Assembly: GCA_031414955.1 (NCBI GenBank)
Contig: JANOQV010000294.1
Location: 1-37,439, forward strand
DNA: 37,439 nt
Reading direction: 5' to 3'
Origin: Pedosphaera sp.
GTDB lineage: Bacteria > Verrucomicrobiota > Verrucomicrobiia > Limisphaerales > SIBH01
Positions 28,832 to 37,168 of the stretch are shown here, piece by piece (position 1 is the stretch's first letter; every line of letters starts with the position of its first letter). Position numbers and translations under genes: made by a program. Under the pieces are notes generated by a model. The model did not search any database and was not told the origin of the DNA. It saw only the letters and a list, made by a program, of their open reading frames with translations.

Positions 28832-28868
28832 CCCCCTCACCCCGGCCCTCTCCCTCCGGGAGAGGGAG
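28832..28868. repeat. CCCCTCACCCCGGCCCTCTCCC..GGGAGAGGG-type palindromic repeat
   Basis: CCCTCTCCC-TCC-GGGAGAGGG hairpin with a CCCCTCACCCCGG leader. Confidence 0.75.
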
Positions 28869-28879
28869 AACCGCAGCCA

Positions 28880-29246
28880 GCCTCAGGCACCAGGGGCAGC
28901 GCGACCGACTCGTTGGCATCCAGCACCGCGTCATCCACCGGCGTGACGACCAGATCGGCGGAGGCCATTCCGGCGAAAAGGATCACGCTCCCGGACAAGG
29001 CCGCATAGTCATCATCGGGCGTCGTACGGCCGTGCCGCCATACTTCACCCAAACGGTGAGCGAACTGGCCGTGCTGCCGGTGCGGGTGACACGAATGTTG
29101 CCGGGATTCGGCGTCTGGCCCGGCCACGTCTCCGCCATGACGGAATCCGTGAGGGAGAGGCTGACGGTGGTTTGGGCTTGGGCCGAAGGAGCAGCCAGCC
29201 CAAGGAAGGTGGCGACAACGCAGGCCCACAAGGGTGATGTTTTCAT
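28880..29246 (-). pseudogene. frameshifted, truncated secreted Calx-beta domain protein
   Basis: Signal peptide (..SAQAQ) and VTRTGSTASSLTV..YGGTA in one frame. After a shift near 29015-29027 it continues DYAALSGSVILFAGMASADLVVTPVDDAVLDANESV, then runs into the repeat at 28868. Confidence 0.7.
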
Positions 29247-29268
29247 GAGGGTGTGTTTGGTTGACGGT

Positions 29269-29430
29269 TCAATGCACGAGGTAATCCGTCTTCACGCGGT
29301 AGAAAGTGTTGGTCACGTTGCTGGCGACTTCGCCCGGCACACCGAGGTCGGTGAGGGGATAAGTCTGAGCGAGGCCGCAGCCCGACAAAACAATGCTACC
29401 CGGCATGACGAATCGAATGAAGTGTTTCAT
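29269..29430 (-). pseudogene. 53-aa ORF, probable internally deleted remnant of a secreted protein
   Basis: Hand translation: MKHFIRFVMPGSIVLSGCGLAQTYPLTDLGVPGEVASNVTNTFYRVKTDYLVH*. Too short for the ORF track; ends 22 bp before the Calx-beta remnant start. Confidence 0.5.
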
Positions 29431-29911
29431 GCCAATGCCCCCCGCTGGACCGAGAACGGAATGGTCCGTTCCGGCTGTTCCATTCTCGGATCGCCCTGCG
29501 GGACCAACCGGCCGACGAGGGCGCCGCTCAAGTGCATAAAGCCGTGAATCAACGCCGGGGCGGTGTCACAAAAGGCAGCAAATGTTTGAGCACGATTCAT
29601 TTGGTTCCGAGCAAATGCTTACTACCACTTACCGTGCCAGTCCGCCATCCGGCGCTCCCCGTCCTGACACGTTCGCAGCGCCTGGCTCTCCGACAGGGCA
29701 AAATAGTTCCGCCAAGCAAAACACGGAACTTCCCGCCTGCCATCGGACCGGGCACAAACTGCGCTCCCCGCGCGAAAACTTGTTCACCGCCCGGTTATCA
29801 CGCGCACTTTCCAAGGTGAACAACTTGCCCGGCGCTCATTTTCACCCTGAAAACATTCATCCAAATACGCATCAAATTCTCCGCCCCGGTGAATAACTCG
29901 GTGCATATCAT

Positions 29912-29943
29912 TTGATTCACGCGCCACGCTTTTCTGCTAGGCT
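29912..29943 (+). promoter_or_regulatory. putative promoter of the large ncRNA
   Basis: Extended -10 TGcTAGGCT (29935-29943), with TTCACG (29916-21, 16 bp spacer) or TTGATT upstream. Predicts a start near 29950. Confidence 0.55.
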
Positions 29944-29949
29944 CTACCC

Positions 29950-30780
29950 AGTTCATTGAAAGAACGGCGGGGTGGTCGAAACGAAAGTTGGAATCAACCC
30001 GTCACGAGATAAACCCGGGCGACCGGGGAAAGATGAGGCCAGGCTGGTTGGCCCCGTCCCTCTGGAAACACAATCGAAAGATCGGATTCGGAGGCAGGAT
30101 TCACCGGTTCCACTGGCGGCGTTCGCGCGCTGTCCAGACACGCGAAGATGGAACCCATGCGACGAGAAGCGATGAGAAGCCGCTTCCAGTCGAGTCAAGT
30201 AACGCGGGGCGGTTTCGGCCTGCGCGCGAATCGCAGTGGCCCAAAGGGCCGACGGTTATTACTGCGCACCAGCACGGAACGAATGACTCTGGCGGTCTCC
30301 GGCAACGGGGGTCAGCTCAACGAAAGACGCCGAAAGGCGGGACAAAGGGAGCGTTCGAGACGGGGAGGACACAGCGTCTGGGCAGGACGCGTGAAAACCT
30401 TCCGCAACGTCGGCGATGTCGAAAAAGGCACCGCTGGCCTGTGAGCGAAACATAACCTGAGAGTGAAGAGGCGAGACCCGTGGCGCGGGGCGAACGGACG
30501 GCCAAAAGCCGTCGCTGACCCTGGGCTAAGCGGCCAAGACGCGGAATTAAATCGCAGACGTGTCTTGGCCTGGTTCGCAGGCCGGTGGCGCAACCATCAG
30601 TCGAAGCGAGCTGAAAAGCCTCACTCGATAATTCAGTGGCGCGAGCTACTGGACGGCCCTGCTACGAGGCCGAAAACTCCGCTTGCCGTGGAGAATGGCG
30701 TCGGGAAGCCGGCAGCCCTCGCGAGAGGAGCGCCCAATGTCGGCACGGGAAAGAGAGCATGGCGAACTCCCAGCCCCCAC
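29950..30780 (+). ncRNA. candidate giant structured non-coding RNA (GOLLD/ROOL-like size class, family unassigned)
   Basis: No credible ORF. Dense helices with GNRA loops and many G-U pairs that work only on the + strand, A-rich linkers, and flanking promoter and terminator. Confidence 0.8.
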
Positions 30781-30783
30781 TTT

Positions 30784-30825
30784 CGCGCTCGTTGGTCGCA
30801 AGACTGGCGGGCGCGTTTGTGTTTT
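30784..30825 (+). terminator. intrinsic terminator ending the ncRNA unit
   Basis: CGCGCTCGTTGGTC-GCAA-GACTGGCGGGCGCG (14 bp, 4 G-U pairs) followed by TTTGTGTTTT. Confidence 0.8.
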
Positions 30826-30835
30826 CCGAGCATTG

Positions 30836-30973
30836 AACCACCGCTTTTGCGGATGACAGGGATAAGAACAGTTCTCGCGCAGGGTGGACAAATGCGATGC
30901 GCTCATCGGCCTGACACGGTTACTCTCCAACGCCGTTGCTTCCCCATCCGTGCTATCCGCAAAATCGGTGCTT
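30836..30973. repeat. 138-bp MITE-like element with 28-bp imperfect terminal inverted repeats
   Basis: AACCACCGCTTTTGCGGATGACAGGGAT versus the rc of ATCCGTGCTATCCGCAAAATCGGTGCTT (23/28 match). Confidence 0.7.
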
Positions 30974-30996
30974 AAACCGCTTGTTCCACGCGCCGG

Positions 30997-32316
30997 TTAT
31001 TTCTTCCCGATGCAGTGCAGCGTCTTGCCCGTGCGGATGAAAAGCTGGCCTTGCGAGATGGCGATGGAGGAACGCAGCGAGTTGTCCCCCTCGTCACCCA
31101 TCGGAGTGGAGTGGAGCAGCTTGAAGCCATCCGTCGCGGTCGAGGCCACGAAGACATTGCCCCGATGATCCATCACATAGATTTTTCCGTCCGCCACGGT
31201 GGGAGAAGATTCAAACACCGCGCGCCCGCCGCCGCTGGCCGCGAGATCGCCGGACCAGATTACTTTGCCACTGGCCGGTTCGAGGCACATCAAGCTGCGC
31301 TTGCCGCCGTTGAGCACATAGAACTTGCCCTGATAAAAGATCGGTGTGGGCACATCGCTGGTCACGTCACGTTCGGTGCTTTGCCAGGCGATGGAGGCAT
31401 CGGGCAGGATTCCATTTCCCCCGAGTTTCACCGCCGTGATCGGGGCATTCTTCGGACCGCAAGCCAGCGCCACGCCCGCGCCTACCACGGGCGACGGCAC
31501 GAGACGCCAGTGCCCGATCTTCTGCGGGTTCCATGTTCCCCAACGCCAGAGTTCCGCGCCCGAGTCAGGGTTGTGGCCGGTGATGCAGTCGCCGCCCAGC
31601 ACGAGGATTTCCTTGCGTCCATTGTGCGTGAAGGGAATCGGCGTGCTGAAGGCTTCGAGCGATTCCGCCACGGCGTCGGACGGGCGGATGTGCTTCCACA
31701 ACTCCTTACCTGTCTTGGGATCGAGCGCGAGGAGGTAGGAGTCGTTCTTGGCCCCGCCGCGTCCGTTCACCGCCACATTGCGCTGGAGCACCTGGATGTA
31801 GAGCTTGCCGTCGGCCAGCGTGGGGCTGGCGGAGTAAGTCCATTGATAAGCGAACGCGCCGTAGTCCTTCTGAATGTTGCGCGACCAGACTTGCTTGCCG
31901 CCCACCTCGAAGCACACCAGTTCGCCATTGCCGTAATAGAAATACACGAGCTGCCCGTCAGTCACGGGCGAGGGCGAGGAGAAGTTGCTCTTGTCGTCCT
32001 GCGCAATGCCCGGCCCCAAATCCTTCTGCCATTTCACCGCGCCAGTCTTGCGGTCGAGGCACAGCGCGACGCGCGACTTCTTTGGCGCGTCGATGGAGTT
32101 CACGAACACATTGTCGCCGAAGACGGCGGGTGTGGCCCCGCTTGGTCCAGGCAAGGGCACGGCCCAGGCCACGTTTTCGGTCTTGCTGAATTTCTCGGGC
32201 AGGTTGGTCTCGGGCGAGGAACCGTCGTAGTTAGGCCCGCGCCATTGCGGCCAGTTGGCGGCGGGAACGAGCGAGGCGCAGAGCATCCCAGCGAAACAAA
32301 GTGACAGTGATTTCAT
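30997..32316 (-). CDS. secreted PQQ-binding-like beta-propeller repeat protein
   Basis: Signal peptide, ANWPQWRGP, repeated LD.KTG...W blades, SSPTVADGKIY, QGQLFIRT. ATG 32316. Confidence 0.92.
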   Translation of the reverse strand: MKSLSLCFAGMLCASLVPAANWPQWRGPNYDGSSPETNLPEKFSKTENVAWAVPLPGPSGATPAVFGDNVFVNSIDAPKKSRVALCLDRKTGAVKWQKDLGPGIAQDDKSNFSSPSPVTDGQLVYFYYGNGELVCFEVGGKQVWSRNIQKDYGAFAYQWTYSASPTLADGKLYIQVLQRNVAVNGRGGAKNDSYLLALDPKTGKELWKHIRPSDAVAESLEAFSTPIPFTHNGRKEILVLGGDCITGHNPDSGAELWRWGTWNPQKIGHWRLVPSPVVGAGVALACGPKNAPITAVKLGGNGILPDASIAWQSTERDVTSDVPTPIFYQGKFYVLNGGKRSLMCLEPASGKVIWSGDLAASGGGRAVFESSPTVADGKIYVMDHRGNVFVASTATDGFKLLHSTPMGDEGDNSLRSSIAISQGQLFIRTGKTLHCIGKK

Positions 32317-32388
32317 AGTTTGAGTTCCGAGCTGTGGGCAACGGATAGCAACCAGACGGCAGCCGCACAAGGCACATTCAGCCCGGAC

Positions 32389-32497
32389 GGCGCGCGGGCT
32401 TTCCAGCCCGCAGCAACCTGGAACGACGGATGGCATCGGCCTGAAAGAACGCGTTCCGACCATCGGGCATGGCTGCGGACAGGAAAGTCCGCGCGCC
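32389..32497. repeat. REP-like inverted doublet
   Basis: GGCGCGCGGGCTTTCCAGCCCGCAGC (32389-414) and inverted GCTGCGGACAGGAAAGTCCGCGCGCC (32472-497). Confidence 0.75.
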
Positions 32498-32563
32498 GGA
32501 ACAAGCCACGAAGAACACAACCGCGCGCTTGCTCCCGCTGCGGATTCGCCGTCAGCTTGGGCC

Positions 32564-33295
32564 ATGAAACTTTACCCAGGCCTGGCTGCTCTCGTGGCGC
32601 TTTGTTTCATGGTCTCAACCCGCGCCGCCAGCCCGCCCACCATCGTGCTGGTCAGTGGCGAGGATGAATATCAGTCCACCGAAACGCTGCCGGCCTTCGC
32701 CAAGTCCATCGAGGCCGACCACCCGTTCAAGACCATTTATCTCCAACGCCAGTCCAAGCCCGACACCATCGCCGGCCTTGATGCGCTCAAACGCGCCGAC
32801 CTGCTCATCCTCTACGCGCGCCGCATGGTGCTCCCCGACGATCAGTTGAAGCAGTTTCAGAAATACTTCGAGAGCGGCAAGCCCGTCATCGGCCTGCGCA
32901 CCGCAAGCCACGCCTTCCAGACCTGGCTCGCCTTCGATCAGCAGGTGCTGGGTGGGAATTATCAGAACCACTACGGCAAGGATTTGCGGCCCAAGGTCAC
33001 GGTCGTCCCGGCCGCGAAATCACATCCCATTCTCCAGGGTCTGCCGGAGAACTTCACCTCGGCCGGCTCGCTCTATCGGAACACGCCGCTGCCAGCCAAC
33101 ACCACGCTCCTGCTCACCGGCACCATTCCCGACCACACCGAGCCGGTGGCCTGGACGCATGATTACAAGGGCGCGCGCGTGTTCTACACCTCCCTGGGCC
33201 ACGCGGATGATTTCAAGGACGCTGCCTTCCGGAGATTGTTGCTCAACGCGATCTATTGGGCCTTGAACAAGCCGACGGTGGAAGTGGTGAAGTAG
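32564..33295 (+). CDS. secreted ThuA-domain (class I GATase-like) protein
   Basis: Signal peptide, GEDEY, GKPVIGLRTASHAF, HPILQG, EPVAWT, RVFYTSLGH..DF..LLLNAIYWAL. Confidence 0.88.
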   Translation: MKLYPGLAALVALCFMVSTRAASPPTIVLVSGEDEYQSTETLPAFAKSIEADHPFKTIYLQRQSKPDTIAGLDALKRADLLILYARRMVLPDDQLKQFQKYFESGKPVIGLRTASHAFQTWLAFDQQVLGGNYQNHYGKDLRPKVTVVPAAKSHPILQGLPENFTSAGSLYRNTPLPANTTLLLTGTIPDHTEPVAWTHDYKGARVFYTSLGHADDFKDAAFRRLLLNAIYWALNKPTVEVVK

Positions 33296-33611
33296 CGGAC
33301 TATTGGTTTTAGGTCGGTGCCCAGACTGCCAGGTGGGAACCCGGCGTCAGAGGCCCGGCTCCGCTCCGCTTCGGGTGTGTCTATTTGGTGTCGCGAGCAT
33401 GGCCGATAACTTCCTCTTTCATTCACCCATTCGTCAGCGGGGAGTCGCGAAGTTGCCACGCGGGCGGGTTTGAATCCGCCCATGTTTCGATCACAGCAAT
33501 TCAATTCGCTCCTGCGGAGCGGGCTGGGATCGATTTCCCAAACCATCCGAGAGCAACAGTAGAAAGCGGAAACAAACCTCGCGTTTGCCCAAACACATCC
33601 ACAGCAACCTT

Positions 33612-36600
33612 ATGAAAATAAAATCATTTCTCATGGCCACCCTGCTTGCGGCAGGGATTGGTGGCGCGGCCCAGGCCCAGCCTCTGGTCAATCTCGGTCT
33701 GGTCGGCGTCGGCCGGCTCCCGGGCGATTCCTTCGACCAACTCGGCGCGGGCGTCGATACGCTGGGCGGCATCTTCTCGGGCCTGTGGCTCGACCCGGCC
33801 TCGATCGTGCAGAGCAACGGCACCTTTCACGCCACCGCCTTCGGCCTGCCGGATCGCGGCTTCGGCGACGGCTTGCAGGATTACCATCCCCGCATTCAAC
33901 GGCTGGCCCTGGCCATCACGCCTTACTCGGGCGCGGGTCCGGTGGCGCAGAACCAGATCGTCATGGCCAACACCGCCACTTACATGCTCACCGTCGGGAG
34001 CAACACCTTCACCGGCTTCATGCCCGATGACACGAACGTGCTCACGAATCCGCAGTCGCTGCCCGGCGGTTTGGGCGGCGGCAAGTGGAGCCTCGATCCC
34101 GAAGGCATCGCCTACACGCCGGCGGCGGGCGGGTCGTGGTACATCAGTGATGAGTATGGTCCGTTTATCTACCGCTTCGACAATTCGGGCGTGCTGCTCG
34201 GCACCCTGCCCCTGCCGGAAGCCTTTATTCCCAGGGTCGGCACCAATTATCCGCGCACCATCAATTACCTGGCGGGCGGACTGAGTTCAGCGCTCGATTC
34301 CGGCCGGCACAACAACCGCGGCATGGAGGGCCTGAGCATCACGCCGGACGGCAAGAAGCTCGTCGCCTGCCTCCAGTCGCCGCTGACCCAGGATGGCGAG
34401 AACCGCAACCCGAGCCGCAACATCCGCATCCTGGTTTATGATTTGGAGGCCGCCTCTCCCACTTATCATCAGCTCCTGGCCGAGTATGTTCATGTGCTTC
34501 CGCTCAACGCCGCCGAAGCCAACAACCGCCACACGCCGGTGAGCGAGATCGTCGCCTTGAGCGACAAGAAGTTCCTCATCCTCCAGCGCGACAGCCGTGG
34601 ACTCGGCGGTGATGCGGGCACGTTCCTCTACAAGCGCATCGTGGAAGTGGATGCGACCAGCGCGACGAGCATTCTCGGCACGGGCTACGATTTGGAAAAA
34701 GGTGCCCCGGGCGCCCTCGCGCTGCCGCGCGCCAGTCTGCCCAGCAACGTGGTGGCCGTGACCAGCCGCGACCTGGTGGACATACTGAATGCCAGCCAAC
34801 TCGCCAAGTTCGGCCTGAACCTCGCGCCCTCGAACCAGAACGCGAACACCATCTCCGAGAAATGGGAAGGCGTGGGCATCATCCCGCTGAACGATCCGCT
34901 GGCTCCGAACGATTACCTGTTGCTCGTGGGCAACGACAACGACTTCCGCGCCCCTGTGGTTTATCACAACGGCGTGGCCGTGGGCACCAACACGGTCGGT
35001 TCCGACAACATGCTGCTCGCCTTCCGCATCGGCGCGGACAGCATCCCGCCCGCCATCGTCTGCCCGGCCCCCGTCACCCTCAACGCCGGGACTAATTGCA
35101 CCGCCACGGTGGATCTGCGCTCGCGCGTCGTGATCACGGAGAACAGCGCCACGCCGGTCGCGGTCACGCAGTCGCCCAGTGCGACCACGCCCCTGGGCTT
35201 GGGCACGCACACGCTCACCTTCGTGGCCAAGGATGCCGCCGGGAACCAGAGCGCGCCTTGCACCACCACCGTCACAGTGGTGGATGTCACGCCGCCCATC
35301 GTCACCAGCGTGACGCCGAGCCAGAAGCAGCTCTGGCCGCCGAACAACAAGCTCATGCCCATCACCATCAGCGCCACCGCCACGGACAACTGCTCGGGCG
35401 CACTCGGCTGCGAGATTGTTTCCGTGACCAGCAACGAGAGCACGAACCGCCATGAGAATGGGGGCAGCCATGACCAGAACGCCGGCGACGGCCAGAGCAA
35501 GCCCTGGAATGGTGGCGACCAATCGACGGACTGGGAAATCACCGGCCCGCTCACCGTGAAGCTGCGCGCCGAGCGTTCCGGCCAAGGCTCAGGCCGCTTC
35601 TACTTCATCACCGTGCGTTGCACCGATGCGGCCGGGAATTCCTCGCTCGGCATCACCACCGTCTTCGTGCCGAAGAGCGCCAACGAGCTGGAAACGGGTT
35701 TCCGCACCAGCGTTCATCCCTACGCCGCGCCGGTCGGACCGGACTACAGCATCCTGCCCATCCTCAGCGTCGGCGACCGCGTGCCCCGCACCAGCAACGC
35801 CGATCAGCTTTTCCAGATGATTGGCATTCCCGACGGACTTGGCGCGCACCCCAATGTCGATGGCACGACCACGGTCTTCATGAACCAGGAACTGCCCAAC
35901 ACCGTCCCCTCCGAACCCGTCGTGGGCCAACCCCTCAGCCGCGGCGCTTTCGTCTCCAAGCTGCTCTTGGCGGCCGACGCCTCGGTCATCTCCGGCGACC
36001 TGGCTTACGAGAACGTCTATGTGGAGAACCTGTTCGTCGGCCCCGCCGCCACGATCAGCAACACCACCCCGGCCTTCTCGCGGTTCTGCTCGGGCGCACT
36101 GGCCGGCAAGGACGCGGGCTTTGATCGCCCGATCTACTTCTCGGGCGAGGAATCCGGTGGCGTGAACACCTTTGACGGACGCGGCGGTTCCGCCGTGGCC
36201 ATCTTCGACGACGGTGCCTGGACCCTGCCGCGCCTCGGCCACATGGCCTGGGAAAACGCCGTGCCGCGTCCCGCGCGCAACAGCAAGCAGACGGTCATCA
36301 TGTGCCTGGAAGATGGCGAAGTGGGCCAGTGCCAGCTCTACATGTATGTCGGCCGCAAGGATTCCTCCCGCTCGGCCGGCCCGCTGCGCCGCAACGGATT
36401 GGACAACGGATCGCTCTACGTCTTTGTCCCGTATTCCACGACCCAGACCAACGAGGCCACCCTCCCGAGCGGCGACCTGCGGGGCAAATGGGTGATCCTG
36501 CCCGGGGCCGAAAACATGACCGACGTGGAACTGGAAGCCGCTTCCGACGCGGTGGGAGCGTTCGCCTTCGACCGCATCGAGGACGGCTCGTTCCGCCCCG

Positions 36601-37109
36601 GCAAGCCCAACGAGTTCTACTTCGTCACCACCGGCGGTTCGGCGAGCAACGCGCTCGGCCGCCTCTACCAACTGGACCTCAATCCGCGCAACGTCCTCGG
36701 CTCGGCCAAGCTGACCTTGATGTATAACGCCGACCAGATCTTTGCCGCCGGCGGAGACGTGGCGTTCAGCCCGGACAACATCAGCGTGAGCGAGGACTAC
36801 ATCATGATCTGTGAAGACGGCACCGCGCAGAGCCGCGTCGCCATGGCCGCCCGGGGCCGCAAGGGCAACATCTGGCGCGTGAACCTCCGCACCGGCGCGA
36901 TCGAGAACGTGGCCACCCTGACCTCGGTGGGCCGCGACGGGATCGTCACCAACCCCGGTGTGTGGGAGTCCTCCGGCATCATCGACACCACGTCGATCTT
37001 CGGCGGCGACTCGTGGCTCTTCGACGTGCAGGCCCATTCGCCCACCCGGGCGCCGCGGCTGAACACCGTGGAGGACGGCCAACTGCTCTTGATGCTGCGT
37101 AATCGGTAA
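33612..37109 (+). CDS. secreted multidomain protein: phytase-like esterase domain + HYR/Ig-like domains + PhoX/DUF839-like domain
   Basis: Sec signal (AQA-Q). Phytase-like part: LPDRG, DPEGI, ISDEYGP, NRGMEGL, LQSPL, KWEG, NDNDF. HYR-like part: D..PP.I.CP..DAAGN. PhoX-like part: GIPDGLG, FSRFCSG, ENAV, IEDG, PDNI, CEDG, WESSGIID, VQAH. ATG 33612. Confidence 0.85.
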   Translation: MKIKSFLMATLLAAGIGGAAQAQPLVNLGLVGVGRLPGDSFDQLGAGVDTLGGIFSGLWLDPASIVQSNGTFHATAFGLPDRGFGDGLQDYHPRIQRLALAITPYSGAGPVAQNQIVMANTATYMLTVGSNTFTGFMPDDTNVLTNPQSLPGGLGGGKWSLDPEGIAYTPAAGGSWYISDEYGPFIYRFDNSGVLLGTLPLPEAFIPRVGTNYPRTINYLAGGLSSALDSGRHNNRGMEGLSITPDGKKLVACLQSPLTQDGENRNPSRNIRILVYDLEAASPTYHQLLAEYVHVLPLNAAEANNRHTPVSEIVALSDKKFLILQRDSRGLGGDAGTFLYKRIVEVDATSATSILGTGYDLEKGAPGALALPRASLPSNVVAVTSRDLVDILNASQLAKFGLNLAPSNQNANTISEKWEGVGIIPLNDPLAPNDYLLLVGNDNDFRAPVVYHNGVAVGTNTVGSDNMLLAFRIGADSIPPAIVCPAPVTLNAGTNCTATVDLRSRVVITENSATPVAVTQSPSATTPLGLGTHTLTFVAKDAAGNQSAPCTTTVTVVDVTPPIVTSVTPSQKQLWPPNNKLMPITISATATDNCSGALGCEIVSVTSNESTNRHENGGSHDQNAGDGQSKPWNGGDQSTDWEITGPLTVKLRAERSGQGSGRFYFITVRCTDAAGNSSLGITTVFVPKSANELETGFRTSVHPYAAPVGPDYSILPILSVGDRVPRTSNADQLFQMIGIPDGLGAHPNVDGTTTVFMNQELPNTVPSEPVVGQPLSRGAFVSKLLLAADASVISGDLAYENVYVENLFVGPAATISNTTPAFSRFCSGALAGKDAGFDRPIYFSGEESGGVNTFDGRGGSAVAIFDDGAWTLPRLGHMAWENAVPRPARNSKQTVIMCLEDGEVGQCQLYMYVGRKDSSRSAGPLRRNGLDNGSLYVFVPYSTTQTNEATLPSGDLRGKWVILPGAENMTDVELEAASDAVGAFAFDRIEDGSFRPGKPNEFYFVTTGGSASNALGRLYQLDLNPRNVLGSAKLTLMYNADQIFAAGGDVAFSPDNISVSEDYIMICEDGTAQSRVAMAARGRKGNIWRVNLRTGAIENVATLTSVGRDGIVTNPGVWESSGIIDTTSIFGGDSWLFDVQAHSPTRAPRLNTVEDGQLLLMLRNR

Positions 37110-37127
37110 GCCCACCAGTTCGTTCAC

Positions 37128-37168
37128 GGAAAGGCAGGCCTGGCAGTCGGGCCTGCCTTTCCTATTTT
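37128..37168 (+). terminator. intrinsic terminator
   Basis: GGAAAGGCAGGCC..GGCCTGCCTTTCC (13-bp perfect stem) followed by TATTTT, 18 bp after the stop. Confidence 0.85.

Noticed and set aside
29950..30825. Group II/group I intron, RNase P RNA, tmRNA, rRNA or tRNA as the identity of the structured region
   Set aside because: No GTGCG 5' end or domain V/VI, no interrupted host gene, no RNase P GAGGAAAGTCC core, no tRNA-like ends or T-loop, and no recognisable rRNA sequence. Judged by eye only; cmscan is needed.
29953..30975. Short ORFs (60-170 aa) overlapping the structured region on both strands
   Set aside because: They are Arg/Gly/Pro-rich with no motifs, overlap each other and lack the codon style of the real genes. 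The RNA structure explains the region better.
32482..32493. GGAAAGTCCG resembling the RNase P conserved motif
   Set aside because: It is the loop and stem of a REP-like palindrome, and the intergenic space is too short.
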